A stretch of DNA of 64,000 nucleotides, taken from the NCBI GenBank assembly GCA_965197425.1, contig CBDANC010000015.1:96001-160000 (forward strand), read 5' to 3'. Origin of the DNA: Bdellovibrionales bacterium (GTDB lineage: Bacteria > Bdellovibrionota > Bdellovibrionia > Bdellovibrionales > JAUICD01). Numbering within the stretch: the stretch's first letter is position 1; the number at the start of each line of letters is the position of its first letter. The position numbers and the translations under genes were made by a program. The notes below the pieces were generated by a model. The model had not been told where the DNA came from and did no database searches. It worked only from the letters and a program-made list of their open reading frames with translations. Shown piece after piece: positions 10,263-21,338 of this stretch.

Positions 10263-11153
10263 ATGCTTATTGCTATTTCCGGTGCTAGTGGTTTTATTGG
10301 GGCTAGGTTAAAACAGCACCTGGTTGATTGTGGGTTTTCGGTTCTTTCCATTGTAAGAACGCCTCCTAAAGATCGAGAAGTTTTTTTTGATCCTTATAAA
10401 GATTATTTAGACACAGACAGTCTCGAAGGTATAGATGCTCTGATAAATCTCTCTGGAGCTTCTATCGCCACTCGTTGGAGTAAAAAAAATAAAGAAATTT
10501 TAAGAACCAGCAGAATCAAAAGCACCAACACTTTAGTGAATTCAGTGCTAAAACTTAAAAAACCGCCACAAGTGTTTATTGGGGCAAGTGCGGTCGGTAT
10601 ATATGGTAATAGAGGATCAGAAATTCTCTCAGAAGAGAGCAACATTAATAAAGAAGATTTTTTATCAAAACTCTGCATAGATTGGGAACGTGCTAGTAAC
10701 AGGTTAACTGAAACAAAATGTCGCGTTGTAAATTTAAGATTAGGTCTTGTGTTAGATATAAAAGGTGGAATGCTAAAAAAATTAATACCAATGTTTAAAT
10801 TAGGTCTGGGAGCTACAATAGGGCCTGGAACTCAATACATGAGCTGGATTTGTATAAAAGATCTTTTGTGTTTAATAGAATTTATTTTGAAAAACCAAAA
10901 CATATCAGGTGCTATAAATGCATGTAGCCCGAACGCTGTCACAAATGAGGAGTTTTCAAAAGAAGTAGCAAGCGCACTCAAAAGACCTTGTTTTTTTACT
11001 ATACCAAAATCTTTTATACAATTAATGATGGGTGAAATGGGAAACATTTTGATAACAGGACAAAGAGCAGAGCCAAAAAAAGCAATGAATTTTGGATTTA
11101 AATTCAAATACCCTTTGGTTAAAGAGTGCTTAGAAACACTATTCCATACATAG
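10263..11153 (+). CDS. TIGR01777-family NAD-dependent epimerase/oxidoreductase (YfcH-like)
   Basis: IAISGASGFIG, INLSGA, SAVGIYG, QYMSWI; the ORF extension to 10197 runs through the repeat element. Confidence 0.9.
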   Translation: MLIAISGASGFIGARLKQHLVDCGFSVLSIVRTPPKDREVFFDPYKDYLDTDSLEGIDALINLSGASIATRWSKKNKEILRTSRIKSTNTLVNSVLKLKKPPQVFIGASAVGIYGNRGSEILSEESNINKEDFLSKLCIDWERASNRLTETKCRVVNLRLGLVLDIKGGMLKKLIPMFKLGLGATIGPGTQYMSWICIKDLLCLIEFILKNQNISGAINACSPNAVTNEEFSKEVASALKRPCFFTIPKSFIQLMMGEMGNILITGQRAEPKKAMNFGFKFKYPLVKECLETLFHT

Positions 11154-11184
11154 TGTATTTTTAGAGACTAACGTTGATAGTTTT

Positions 11185-11784
11185 CTATAGTAGCTCAAAG
11201 TTAATTTTAGAATTTTGTGCAATGGCAATTGGATAATGTTGTGGTAAAAACCAAGACAATGCTTTTAATATTCCAGCATGTTCGGACCTAGGCGGGTTAC
11301 CTAATGAAGAAGCACAAAAACACAGATCAAATTGTTTTTTTTGATTTTTTATAGTTGTAAACTTAACTTGATATACACCTTGATCCAGGAAAAATTGTTT
11401 TAAAATAGATCTTACATAATTTGGTAACTTTGGTTTTTGATTTGCATTTATAACTGAGGTCAAAAAATGGTTGGTTTCTTTAAAATTCCATATCATGCCA
11501 TAAGTAAAAATAAAGTCAGGGAAATGTTTTTGTGGATTAACAACGATACCTACTCCTTTATCATATGCCCAGTTAAGTAATTTTATTGTAGTTTCTTTAG
11601 AGTTCTTGTTGGTTGAGACAAGCATATAGCACATTCCATCAGAACCTTGCCTGGGAAGATTATCATCGACATCTATAAAAATTTTTGGAAAAATATTTAA
11701 AAATGTATTTTCCCATTCCAAGTCTCTGTCTTTATCTTTTATATCTAGGTGTTTTAAAAATTCACTTTGCAACATGTAAGGCAA
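11185..11784 (-). CDS. Hypothetical protein
   Basis: 199-aa ORF filling the gap, protein-like composition. Confidence 0.6.
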   Translation of the reverse strand: MPYMLQSEFLKHLDIKDKDRDLEWENTFLNIFPKIFIDVDDNLPRQGSDGMCYMLVSTNKNSKETTIKLLNWAYDKGVGIVVNPQKHFPDFIFTYGMIWNFKETNHFLTSVINANQKPKLPNYVRSILKQFFLDQGVYQVKFTTIKNQKKQFDLCFCASSLGNPPRSEHAGILKALSWFLPQHYPIAIAQNSKINFELL

Positions 11785-11826
11785 AATAAAAGCCTTATCT
11801 TTAAAACAGTCAAGTATAAATAAGTT

Positions 11827-12213
11827 TTAAACTACTTCATCGGTACTGGGTAGTAGGTCAAATAAACACTCTTTAAAATAATTAGAATATTTATTTCCAA
11901 AATTTACATTTAAAGCAAACATGCCATTTCCAAGCATAATAGTTTGTACCACATAGCCACTGATATCTAGGTTCATAGGTTCCAAAGTTAAGGTTATGGA
12001 TTTTCCTTCTAAAGGAGTTAAATTTATATGTCTTCTAAGTTCTATCCATTTCAAATCTACCCTGTCGATGTGTACCAAAAAACTGTCATTAGAGGCGTTA
12101 ACCAAGACAGCGCTATTTGCTATCAAATTAGGAGGGTTAACAGTTCTAACAGATATAACCTTTACACCCACTACATCCTTCACCAAGTTTTTCTTTGAGG
12201 CACCAACTGACAT
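11827..12213 (-). CDS. Hypothetical protein, possibly PilZ-like beta-barrel
   Basis: SD AAGGGG; NAS..SFLV and ISGYVV...FALNVNF patterns resemble a PilZ fold (weak). Confidence 0.6.
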   Translation of the reverse strand: MSVGASKKNLVKDVVGVKVISVRTVNPPNLIANSAVLVNASNDSFLVHIDRVDLKWIELRRHINLTPLEGKSITLTLEPMNLDISGYVVQTIMLGNGMFALNVNFGNKYSNYFKECLFDLLPSTDEVV

Positions 12214-12389
12214 AAAACCCCTTTATAAAATACTCGGATACACCTAGCCTAAAGTTTAGGCCTATAATAAAGATATTCTGATGGTGTTTTAGTACAAAAC
12301 AATAGTTGTTGATTATTTATACGATTCGTTTTTTTTGGATCACTTAATGTGTATCAAAATTAATAACATGTATCAAAAATTGACTCAAT

Positions 12390-12483
12390 AAGGTCTTCCA
12401 AACAAGGCAAAAAATAAGGAAGCTATGCTTACTTATTTTTGCCGAGTGGTTGTTTCCTGGCGGACCTCACAACCGATCTCCTT
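12390..12483 (+). repeat. Palindromic intergenic element copy
   Basis: AAGGTCTTCCAAACAAGGCAAAAAATAAGGAAGCTATGCTTACTTATTTTTGCCGAGTGGTT; colinear with the copy at 54959. Confidence 0.8.
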
Positions 12484-12505
12484 CCCACAAAGTGTTATTC
12501 AAAAG

Positions 12506-13882
12506 CTAGTTTTGTCTAGCTATAGAATTTACATCTAAACAGGCCTCTCTTATAACCTCAGTTAGTGTAGGATGAGAGTGGAAGCTTCTGGCCACATCCT
12601 CACTGCTTGCTGAAAATTCCATTGCAATAACAACTTCTGATAGTATATCAGAAGCTCTGGGTCCTACTATGTGACATCCTAAAATTTTATCGCTTTTCTC
12701 TTCAGATAAAATTTTAACAAAGCCATGAGTATCACCCATTGCCTTTGCTCTACCATTTGCTCTAAACAAAAACTTTCCTTTTTTATAGGTTATATTTTTT
12801 TCTTTTAATTGCTCTTCAGTATATCCAACACAAGCAACTTCTGGATGTGTGTATATAACACTTGGTAATGTTAAATAGTTCACAAATCCTGTACCACTAG
12901 CAACTATTTCTGCTACAGCAACACCTTCTTCTTCTGCTTTGTGAGCTAACATAGCTCCATCTATAACATCACCTATTGCATATATACCAGGGACTGAGGT
13001 TTGAAACTTATCATTAATTACAATAGTCCCTCTATCGGATAAATTAATATTTATATTCTCTAAACCAAGGCCTGCCGTGTATGCCTTTCTACCAACAGCT
13101 ACAAGACAGATATCACCCGATACAGTGTTATCATCCAAGCTTAACTTAACACCATCTGCATTAATTTCTCCCGACTGCACTTTTGAATTTAAAAGTATTT
13201 TTATGCCTTGAGAGGTCAAGATTTTTTGTAACTCAGAACTCACCTCTTTATCCATATTTCCACAAATTTTATCCATGGCCTCTATAACTGTTACTTGAGC
13301 TCCAAGCCTTTTCCATACAGAACCTAGTTCTAAACCTATTGCACCTCCACCTATTACCATTAAGTGATTTGGCACTGATCCCAAGGTTAGACCTTGTGTG
13401 GAGTGTATAACTTTTTCGTAATCAAATTTTAAAAAGGGGAGTTCAATAGGAATACTGCCAGACGCAATTACTATAGTCTCCGTTTCAACTAATTCATTTA
13501 AATTTTCATTTACAACAGAAACCATGTTTGGAGTTTTGATCTCACCAGTTCCATGAAATACTTTGATCTTATTTTTTTTCATCAAGTATTTAACGCCAGA
13601 AGTAAGTTCTGAAACGATACTATCTTTTCTTTTCATCATATTTGGTAAATTGAGCTTAAACTGGCCGTCTATTCCATGCTTAACTGCATCTTTTGACATC
13701 ATAAAAGCATAGTGTTCTGACGAATCTAAAAGAGCTTTACTAGGTATGCAGCCCACATTTAAACATGTGCCGCCTAAATTATTAGATTTATCTATTAAAG
13801 CTACTTTTAAACCAAGTTGTGCAGCCTTGATTGCTCCAGTATACCCACCAGGACCACCACCTATAAATGTTATATCAAACAT
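12506..13882 (-). CDS. lpdA: Dihydrolipoamide dehydrogenase (E3)
   Basis: GGGPGGY, GGTCLNVGCIPSK, HPTLTE. Confidence 0.97.
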   Translation of the reverse strand: MFDITFIGGGPGGYTGAIKAAQLGLKVALIDKSNNLGGTCLNVGCIPSKALLDSSEHYAFMMSKDAVKHGIDGQFKLNLPNMMKRKDSIVSELTSGVKYLMKKNKIKVFHGTGEIKTPNMVSVVNENLNELVETETIVIASGSIPIELPFLKFDYEKVIHSTQGLTLGSVPNHLMVIGGGAIGLELGSVWKRLGAQVTVIEAMDKICGNMDKEVSSELQKILTSQGIKILLNSKVQSGEINADGVKLSLDDNTVSGDICLVAVGRKAYTAGLGLENININLSDRGTIVINDKFQTSVPGIYAIGDVIDGAMLAHKAEEEGVAVAEIVASGTGFVNYLTLPSVIYTHPEVACVGYTEEQLKEKNITYKKGKFLFRANGRAKAMGDTHGFVKILSEEKSDKILGCHIVGPRASDILSEVVIAMEFSASSEDVARSFHSHPTLTEVIREACLDVNSIARQN

Positions 13883-13899
13883 AATCCCTCACTAAAAAC

Positions 13900-15129
13900 T
13901 TAAATATTTAAAAGAAGCCTTTGAGGATCTTCTATGGATTGTTTTATATTAACCAAAAATCCAACAGCGTCTCTACCATCAACAATTCTATGATCATAAG
14001 ATAGCGCCAGGAACATCATTTTGCGAGCCTCAATTTTAGAATTCACAACAACAGGTCTTTCAATTATAGAATGCATTCCCAAAATACCACTTTGAGGAGC
14101 ATTGAGTATTGGAGTTGACAACATAGAGCCAAAAACGCCACCGTTAGTGATAGTAAATGTACCTCCACTTAAATCATTCAACGCTATTTTTTTATTTCTA
14201 GCCTTTTCGACAAAATCTTTTATTGCCAGCTCAAGTTCTGCTAAAGTCATTTGATCCGCATCTTTAATAACAGGTACCAATAATCCATTGTCAGTGCTAA
14301 CTGCAACTCCTATGTTGTAATAGTTGTTATAGACAATGTTGTTATCTTCCACAAACGCATTAACTACAGGAAAACTCTTTAAACTTTCAATACTAGCTTT
14401 TATAAATACACTCATTAATCCCAGCTTAATGCCGTGTTTTCTAATAAACTCATCTTGATATTTAGATCTTAACGACATAAGAACAGTTAAGTCTGCCTCA
14501 TTGAAGGTAGTAAGTATTGCAGCAGTTTGTTGAACACCTTTTAATCTAGTGGCAATTGTTTTTCTTATAGAAGACATAGGTTTTATAACCTTTCTTTCTG
14601 AAGATTTTTGGTTTGGTTCTACAGAAGGTTTTGGTTTGTCATTTAAATCTTCTTTTAATACACGGCCGGCCTTACCACTTCCCTTAATAGAATCTATATC
14701 TATGTTTTTCGATAAAACTCCATGCCTTACTGCAGGAGATAAGTTTTGAAGATTCGATCTAGAAGCCTCTGTAGTACTATTTGGTTTTGAAATTGTTGAT
14801 TTTGAAGTTTTTGATGTAGTAGCAGATTTTGTGTTGTTATTATTTTCTACTTTTGTTTTAGCTTCTTGATTCAAATTTTTTGGTTTCGCAACTGAGCTAT
14901 CAATGGTTCCAACTATATCTCCTACCGCAACTGTTTCACCAGGTTGTTTTAATATCTTCAACTGTCCACTTACATCTGCTGCAACTTCAACAGAAGCTTT
15001 TTCGGTATCAATGCATAAAACATCTTGACCTTTCTTAACAAAATCGCCTTCTTTTTTTAACCATTCTCCTACAGTAACTTCCGTTATAGATTCACCTACA
15101 GATGGGATAACTATATTTACTACACTCAT
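13900..15129 (-). CDS. sucB: 2-oxoglutarate dehydrogenase E2 succinyltransferase
   Basis: Lipoyl domain (DTEKAS), SPAVR E3-binding segment, [10 protein letters not shown]. Confidence 0.96.
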   Translation of the reverse strand: MSVVNIVIPSVGESITEVTVGEWLKKEGDFVKKGQDVLCIDTEKASVEVAADVSGQLKILKQPGETVAVGDIVGTIDSSVAKPKNLNQEAKTKVENNNNTKSATTSKTSKSTISKPNSTTEASRSNLQNLSPAVRHGVLSKNIDIDSIKGSGKAGRVLKEDLNDKPKPSVEPNQKSSERKVIKPMSSIRKTIATRLKGVQQTAAILTTFNEADLTVLMSLRSKYQDEFIRKHGIKLGLMSVFIKASIESLKSFPVVNAFVEDNNIVYNNYYNIGVAVSTDNGLLVPVIKDADQMTLAELELAIKDFVEKARNKKIALNDLSGGTFTITNGGVFGSMLSTPILNAPQSGILGMHSIIERPVVVNSKIEARKMMFLALSYDHRIVDGRDAVGFLVNIKQSIEDPQRLLLNI

Positions 15130-15146
15130 TGCTTAGTCCTCGTTTC

Positions 15147-17861
15147 TTAGTTTTCCTGATTTCTAATGTTTAGACTTTCATTTATTATTCTTTCTTGTTC
15201 AAGACTATGTCTTTTACTACAACCTGTTGCAGGACTTGCGCTTAAAGGCCTTCCTATATATTCTAAATTTAAATTTGTTCTATTTAAAATGCTGTACATT
15301 TGAGTTCTAACAAACCTATATGCTCCCATATTTCTAGGTTCCTCCTGCACCCAGCATAACCTTTTTATATTAGGATACTGAGAAATCATTTTATCTATAT
15401 AAGGTCCTGGGAATGGATAAATTTGCTCTAGTCTGGCAATCAAAGTATCATTAATTCCCTGCGACTCCTTTTGTTCAACTAGATCATAGTATATTTTTCC
15501 AGAACAAAGCAGTATTTTTAGAACCGCGTCTTTATTAGTGACCTTATCTTTTAATATTTCGTTAAAGGTTATTGCATCACTACAGAACTCGTCAATGTGA
15601 GATATCACCCTTTTATGTCTCAATAAAGATTTAGGAGACATTATTATAAGAGGTTTTCTAAAGTCTCTTTTCATCTGCCTTCGTAATAAATGGAAAAATT
15701 GTGCAGGGGTTGTTGGATTACAAACTTGCATGTTGTTATTTGTACATAGTGATAAAAACCGCTCCAGTCTAGCAGAGGAGTGCTCAGGCCCTTGCCCCTC
15801 ATATCCGTGAGGTAGAAACAATACAATACCACTCATTCTGTTCCATTTAGATTCAGCGGCTACAATGAATTGATCTATTATTACTTGGGCACCATTTGCG
15901 AAGTCGCCAAACTGAGCTTCCCATATGGTAAGCATCCAAGGATCTGCTGCAGACACACCATATTCAAAACCCAATACAGCAGTTTCTGATAAAAAACTAT
16001 TATGAATAATAAAATTAGCCTCACCTGCAGATAAAGTATCAAGAGGAGAGTAGATAGATTTGTTTTTATAGTCAAAATATTTGGCATGTCTATGTGAGAA
16101 TGTACCTCTAGTTGAGTCCTGTCCAGTTAACCTTACTCTTGTTCCCTCCAAAACTAATGATCCATAAGCTGCCATCTCTGCTAATGTCCAATTCATTAAT
16201 CCCTTAGATTTATATTGCTCATACACTTTTTCATATTGCTTTTTAAGTTTAGGATGCCAATTAAAATTTTTAGGTGGATTCGCTAAGGCTGTAATTACCT
16301 TATCTATGTCTGCTCTTAAGCCAGATGTGTCGACTTTGGCAAACATATCATCATCATTACAGGTTCTTCTTAAACCAGTCCAAGATCCTCTGATTACATC
16401 TGGTTTTTGCTTTAAAGGGGTTTTTCTTACATTGTCCAGTATGTTTTGTAATTCATCAATTTTGTTATTATAAAGTTTTTCTATCTCGTCTTCATTAATC
16501 AAGTTTTGTTTGGACAATTGATCTGCATAAATTTGTCTAACGGTAGGGTGATTCTTGATTTTATTATACATAGCTGGTTGAGTGTAAGACGGTTCATCTC
16601 CCTCATTGTGGCCATGCCTCCTATAACCAACATGTCTTATAACTATGTCTTTAAAAAATTTATTCCTATAAGTTATGGCAATTTGTGCAGCTCTAATTAC
16701 ATGTTCAACTTTGTCAGCATTTACATGAATAACAGGGGTGTTACTAATTTTTGCAACATCAGAAGAGTATGTTGCTGTTTTTAGCTCATGAGGGTTTACT
16801 GTAAATCCAATCTGGTTGTCAAAGATTATGTGAACAGTACCACCTACGTTGTTTGCTTCAAGGCCTGACATTTGAAGAGTTTCGTACACAACACCCTGGC
16901 CTGAAAATGCAGCGTCTCCATGTATCATAACAGGTAGTACAGACATATAATTTTGCTTTCCGTTAGCTCTCTGTTTTGCCCAGCTACTTCCTGAAACAAC
17001 AGGACATACATATTCTAAATGAGATGGATTAAAGGCAAGTGACACATTTACAGGTCCATACTCTGTAGTTCTTAAGGTGGAAAAGCCCATATGGTACTTC
17101 ACATCTCCACTTTCATTTTTTCCATTTAACAAAGAATTTTGCCCGTCAAATTCAGCTAATACAATGTTAATTGCCTTACCCATAAAGTTAGTTAAGACAT
17201 TGATTCTTCCTCTGTGTGCCATAGCTATAACAAAGTTTTCTGCTTTTGCTTTTTCCAGCAACACCTCTAAAAGCAGAATCCCAGTATCAGATCCTTCAAC
17301 AGAAAACCTTTTAGTACCCACAAATCTAGAGTGCAAAAACCTCTCCATGGCTTCTATTGAATTCAATTGATTTAGATGATTTAGTTTTTGTTTGTTTGTT
17401 AATTTAGGATCTAAACCTTTTTGTTCAAATTCATTTATTAAAAAATCTTTTTCTTTTTTGTTACAGTCATTAAATTGAACGCTTATGTGAGAGCAATAAG
17501 TTTTTATTAAAAAATCTATAACATCTTTATTCGACTTACAGCCTTTTTTGATAAACCAACTATCTTTAGTTAAATCGTCCTGATCTTTAGAATTTAAAAG
17601 TTTATACAATTCATCGTGCGATACCTTGCTGAACTCCAAAGGATCTAATAAGGCAAACTTATGTGCCGTATGTCTTAGAGTATCTACATAATTACTCTGA
17701 CTTAAACCCGATCCACCTTCCTTGGTAGAAAGGCCGAGTTCAAGGCCCTCAAAAAAACGTCTCCACTCTGCATCAACTGATAAAGGGTTTTGTAGATAAT
17801 CTTTATGTAGGGAATTTATATAGTCAGAACTAAGAGAGTTCATATAGTCAGTCGTTTGCAT
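15147..17861 (-). CDS. sucA: 2-oxoglutarate dehydrogenase E1
   Basis: KRFSVEG, GDVKYH, NPSHLE, HGDAAF, WEAQFGDF, GPEHSSAR. Confidence 0.97.
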   Translation of the reverse strand: MQTTDYMNSLSSDYINSLHKDYLQNPLSVDAEWRRFFEGLELGLSTKEGGSGLSQSNYVDTLRHTAHKFALLDPLEFSKVSHDELYKLLNSKDQDDLTKDSWFIKKGCKSNKDVIDFLIKTYCSHISVQFNDCNKKEKDFLINEFEQKGLDPKLTNKQKLNHLNQLNSIEAMERFLHSRFVGTKRFSVEGSDTGILLLEVLLEKAKAENFVIAMAHRGRINVLTNFMGKAINIVLAEFDGQNSLLNGKNESGDVKYHMGFSTLRTTEYGPVNVSLAFNPSHLEYVCPVVSGSSWAKQRANGKQNYMSVLPVMIHGDAAFSGQGVVYETLQMSGLEANNVGGTVHIIFDNQIGFTVNPHELKTATYSSDVAKISNTPVIHVNADKVEHVIRAAQIAITYRNKFFKDIVIRHVGYRRHGHNEGDEPSYTQPAMYNKIKNHPTVRQIYADQLSKQNLINEDEIEKLYNNKIDELQNILDNVRKTPLKQKPDVIRGSWTGLRRTCNDDDMFAKVDTSGLRADIDKVITALANPPKNFNWHPKLKKQYEKVYEQYKSKGLMNWTLAEMAAYGSLVLEGTRVRLTGQDSTRGTFSHRHAKYFDYKNKSIYSPLDTLSAGEANFIIHNSFLSETAVLGFEYGVSAADPWMLTIWEAQFGDFANGAQVIIDQFIVAAESKWNRMSGIVLFLPHGYEGQGPEHSSARLERFLSLCTNNNMQVCNPTTPAQFFHLLRRQMKRDFRKPLIIMSPKSLLRHKRVISHIDEFCSDAITFNEILKDKVTNKDAVLKILLCSGKIYYDLVEQKESQGINDTLIARLEQIYPFPGPYIDKMISQYPNIKRLCWVQEEPRNMGAYRFVRTQMYSILNRTNLNLEYIGRPLSASPATGCSKRHSLEQERIINESLNIRNQEN

Positions 17862-18015
17862 TAATTATCCCTCGGGCATGAATGTATTAGACAGCATAGC
17901 TTAAAGCAAAACCTGACACTATAATTGACTATATGTGGCAGACTAGGCTATGTTTTGTGTTTATGTTTCTATAAGGTCAAGTTGACTAAAAGACAAAAGT
18001 ACTTTTACTCTTGTC

Positions 18016-20109
18016 ATGGATTTGAGGACCATGGATTTAAGGTTAGATACACCTGTTCAGTATGTGAAAGGCATAGGCCCAAAAGTAGCAAATTTATTAA
18101 AAAAAAAACAAATAAAAACAGTATTAGATTTAATAAGCCACTATCCTAAACACTACCTAGATTACCGTAAAGCTCGATCAATTAATAGTCTCAAACCAGG
18201 AGAGCATGTAAGCCTCACTGCCACAATAGTATCTGTGAATAGCATCAGTATGGGACGCAGTCTGCACAGAAGAATTTGGACAGTGTTGGTAAAAGATAGT
18301 ACAGGCTCCATTGCCTGTAAATATTTTCGCATTCCCTATAGAGGATATTTTACAAGACTGACTGCTGGAAAGAAAATAACCATAGAAGGGAGCGTATCGC
18401 TTTATAGAGCTGGGATGGAATTTCACCATCCGGACATACTAGAGTTTACAGAGGATAAAAAAAATCAAGTGGTGCCTATCTATCCAGAAATAGATGGAAT
18501 TAGTCAAAAAAAACTTCAAAATATAATTGAAACTGCCTTGATGGGTACTAAAGATAAATTAGGTGAATATCTCCCTGATTGGATCTTAAAGCAAAATAAA
18601 TTTGCAAATCTTAAAGAAGCTATATTTAAAATTCACAAACCTCATGATGATACTGATTCTAATTTTTTATCTAAAAATTCAATTTATCACGACAGAATTA
18701 AGTTTGAGGAGTTTTTTTGGTTTCAGTTACCTTTACTCATGGTGAGATCAGATATTCAAGAAGCTAAAACAAAGGCATTTGATTCTAACAATAACATTTT
18801 AAATCAATATATCGATAAACTTGAGTTTAAATTAACAAACGCACAATCTAGAGTGTTAAAAGAAATTATATCTGATCTCAGTCTGGAAAAACCTATGCAC
18901 AGAATGATACAGGGAGATGTTGGATCTGGCAAAACTGTAGTTGCACTTTTATCTGCTATGCTTGTTATGTCACATGGATATCAAGTTGCTATAATGGCCC
19001 CTACAGAAATTTTAGCAGAACAACACTTTAAAAAAGCTAAAAAACTTTTTGATGATCTTTTCAACACAGTATTGCTAACAGGTAATATGAAAAAATCTAT
19101 AAGGGATGAAAAAGCTAAGATTTTAGAAAGCGGTAACGGGTTATTGTGTATAGGTACTCATGCTCTAATTCAAGAAAATGTTAAGTTTAAAAACTTAGGC
19201 CTTGTCATCGTGGATGAGCAACATAGGTTTGGGGTAGAACAAAGAGCGGTACTTAAATCAAAGGGAAGGCACCCACACCTGCTTGTGATGACAGCAACAC
19301 CCATACCAAGATCACTTTCTATGACTCTATACGGAGATTTAGATGCTTCCATAATTGATGAAATGCCAGAAGGAAGATTGCCAATTACCACTAGGGTTAC
19401 CTATCAAAGTAAAAGATCACTGGTAATAGATTTTATAAAAAAACAACTTAAAAAGAGAAGACAAGTGTATATTGTATATCCTCTTATAGAAGAAAGTGAA
19501 AAAATGAACTTAAAAGATGCAACAACTGAGTATGAAAAATTAGTAAAAGAGTTTTCTGGTTACAAGGTAGAAATACTGCATGGTAAACTGAAGAAGGATG
19601 AAAAGGAATTTGTATTTCAAAAATTTGTGAAACATGAGATAGATCTTTTAGTCTCTACTACCATAATTGAAGTTGGAATAGATGTTCCCAATGCAAACTT
19701 GATTTGGATTGAAAATGCGGAGAGATTTGGTTTAAGTCAACTGCATCAGTTAAGAGGTAGGGTAGGTAGAGGGAAGTATCCAAGTTATTGCATACTAATG
19801 TTGGGAAATGCAGTATCACATGAAGGCAGAGAGAGAATGAGGATAATGGAAGAGACCACAGATGGTTTTAAAATTGCGGATAAGGATTTAGAACTAAGAG
19901 GACCTGGAGATTTTTTGGGTACAAGACAATCTGGGGTACTAACTCTAAAAATGGCCAATGTCTCTTCTGATTTGAGTATTTTAACCAAAGCCAGAACTTG
20001 TGCAAAACTTTTGTTAAAAAAAGACCCAAAATTACAAAACCCAGAACATAAAGCCTTAAAAAACAAAATTATTGAAAAAGGTTATTTGTCCTTAACCCTT
20101 TCAGGGTAG
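18016..20109 (+). CDS. recG: ATP-dependent DNA helicase RecG
   Basis: QGDVGSGKT, DEQH, MTATPIPR, QLRGRVGRG, TRG motif DLELRGPGD. Confidence 0.97.
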   Translation: MDLRTMDLRLDTPVQYVKGIGPKVANLLKKKQIKTVLDLISHYPKHYLDYRKARSINSLKPGEHVSLTATIVSVNSISMGRSLHRRIWTVLVKDSTGSIACKYFRIPYRGYFTRLTAGKKITIEGSVSLYRAGMEFHHPDILEFTEDKKNQVVPIYPEIDGISQKKLQNIIETALMGTKDKLGEYLPDWILKQNKFANLKEAIFKIHKPHDDTDSNFLSKNSIYHDRIKFEEFFWFQLPLLMVRSDIQEAKTKAFDSNNNILNQYIDKLEFKLTNAQSRVLKEIISDLSLEKPMHRMIQGDVGSGKTVVALLSAMLVMSHGYQVAIMAPTEILAEQHFKKAKKLFDDLFNTVLLTGNMKKSIRDEKAKILESGNGLLCIGTHALIQENVKFKNLGLVIVDEQHRFGVEQRAVLKSKGRHPHLLVMTATPIPRSLSMTLYGDLDASIIDEMPEGRLPITTRVTYQSKRSLVIDFIKKQLKKRRQVYIVYPLIEESEKMNLKDATTEYEKLVKEFSGYKVEILHGKLKKDEKEFVFQKFVKHEIDLLVSTTIIEVGIDVPNANLIWIENAERFGLSQLHQLRGRVGRGKYPSYCILMLGNAVSHEGRERMRIMEETTDGFKIADKDLELRGPGDFLGTRQSGVLTLKMANVSSDLSILTKARTCAKLLLKKDPKLQNPEHKALKNKIIEKGYLSLTLSG

Positions 20110-20248
20110 TACAGAAGTTAGCAAATAAAAACTTCTGTATGTGTATGCATTTGAAACCTTAATCAAGACAGACATGAACAATGCAATTTTGTTTATTTAA
20201 ATAGAAAGATAAAAATTAAATAAGCATCTCAGATGAAGTTAAGTTGGC

Positions 20249-21085
20249 TCAATTGCCTGTAAGGGTCCCTGGCTTTATCTCCACCTTTAATTGAACGTTA
20301 TGCCCCCCAATACTATTTGTTTCAAGGTTTACATCGAAATTTTCTGGAATGTCTTCCTCTAAAACGCTATCCCTTGTCCTATCAAGACTTAGCATATACC
20401 CATCTGTGAATATATAGTTATATAGGGTTCCTAAGTTAACAGGCCCTAGGTCAAACCTTAGGCCAACACCAGCCTGTGCGGCAGGTGAAATATCCCAACC
20501 ATCCAGGTATCCAATAGTAAAATCTAATGAAGTCCCAGTGTCTTCTTCCAATAACTTTGCAGACATTTTTGCATCTACAATAGCAGTAGCTAGGCCAAAG
20601 TCAGTGCTTAAATAAGGAGTTACTACGCTGGAGTTGTCAAAATAATAATTTCCTCCAACAAAAAAAGTGATTGTTTTTTGGCTACCATCAATAGATATCT
20701 CAGGTCCGTCTTGTACGACTGATCTAAAAATATCATGTTGAAAGTATCCAAGGCCTGTATCAAAAGATAACCCTTTATAGGGTTTGTATTCTGCAGTTAT
20801 GTTAAAAGCAGGGATCCAAGTTTCTTTAAGCTCAAATGTACTAGGGAGTAAAATAGCTTCTACTTCTTCATCCTGGCCATCAAAATCATATTCAGATCCG
20901 AAATTAAAATCTCTAACTCCATAAAAGACAGTGCCTAGAGACAGCCCCAAACTCCATCCAAAGTCATCATAATAAAACACTCTGTCATCATCATAAAGAT
21001 CTCTTACTTGTGAGTGTGTACTAAAAGAAAAAACTTGTATCAAAAGTATAAAAAACAAGCTTTTTAATGATAGAAGCTTTTTCAT
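20249..21085 (-). CDS. Outer-membrane beta-barrel protein, paralog 1 of tandem cluster
   Basis: SD GGAGAGGAG, signal peptide, FVGGNYY, TPYL, PAAQAGVG, DLGPVNLG.LYNY. Confidence 0.8.
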   Translation of the reverse strand: MKKLLSLKSLFFILLIQVFSFSTHSQVRDLYDDDRVFYYDDFGWSLGLSLGTVFYGVRDFNFGSEYDFDGQDEEVEAILLPSTFELKETWIPAFNITAEYKPYKGLSFDTGLGYFQHDIFRSVVQDGPEISIDGSQKTITFFVGGNYYFDNSSVVTPYLSTDFGLATAIVDAKMSAKLLEEDTGTSLDFTIGYLDGWDISPAAQAGVGLRFDLGPVNLGTLYNYIFTDGYMLSLDRTRDSVLEEDIPENFDVNLETNSIGGHNVQLKVEIKPGTLTGN

Positions 21086-21280
21086 ATCAACTCCTCTCCC
21101 CATTTTCTCAAACTAATCTCTCTTAATACAAGGGAATAGATAATGGTAGTATTGATATATAAAGCTTGGCAAATAAAACCTCCTTCTTACAGATTTTTTA
21201 TGTGTAAATTAAAACCAAAGGTAGTACTGGTTAGATTTAAAAATAGTATAAAAACTGCACTGGCCTGCTATTAAAGGCAT

Positions 21281-21311
21281 AAAAAAACGGAGGATAAATC
21301 CTCCGTTTTTT
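21281..21311 (-). terminator. Intrinsic terminator downstream of OMP paralog 2
   Basis: Perfect inverted repeat AAAAAACGGAGGAT-AA-ATCCTCCGTTTTTT with a U-run on either strand. Confidence 0.85.
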
Positions 21312-21338
21312 ATTCAAAATAAAATGCTTATCTATGTT

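Noticed and set aside
12350..12388. Direct repeat TGTATCAAAA x2
   Set aside because: AT-rich and short; cannot be distinguished from chance
12440..12452. TGCCGAGTGGTT resembles a tRNA D-arm
   Set aside because: No acceptor stem, anticodon arm or T-loop; part of the repeat module
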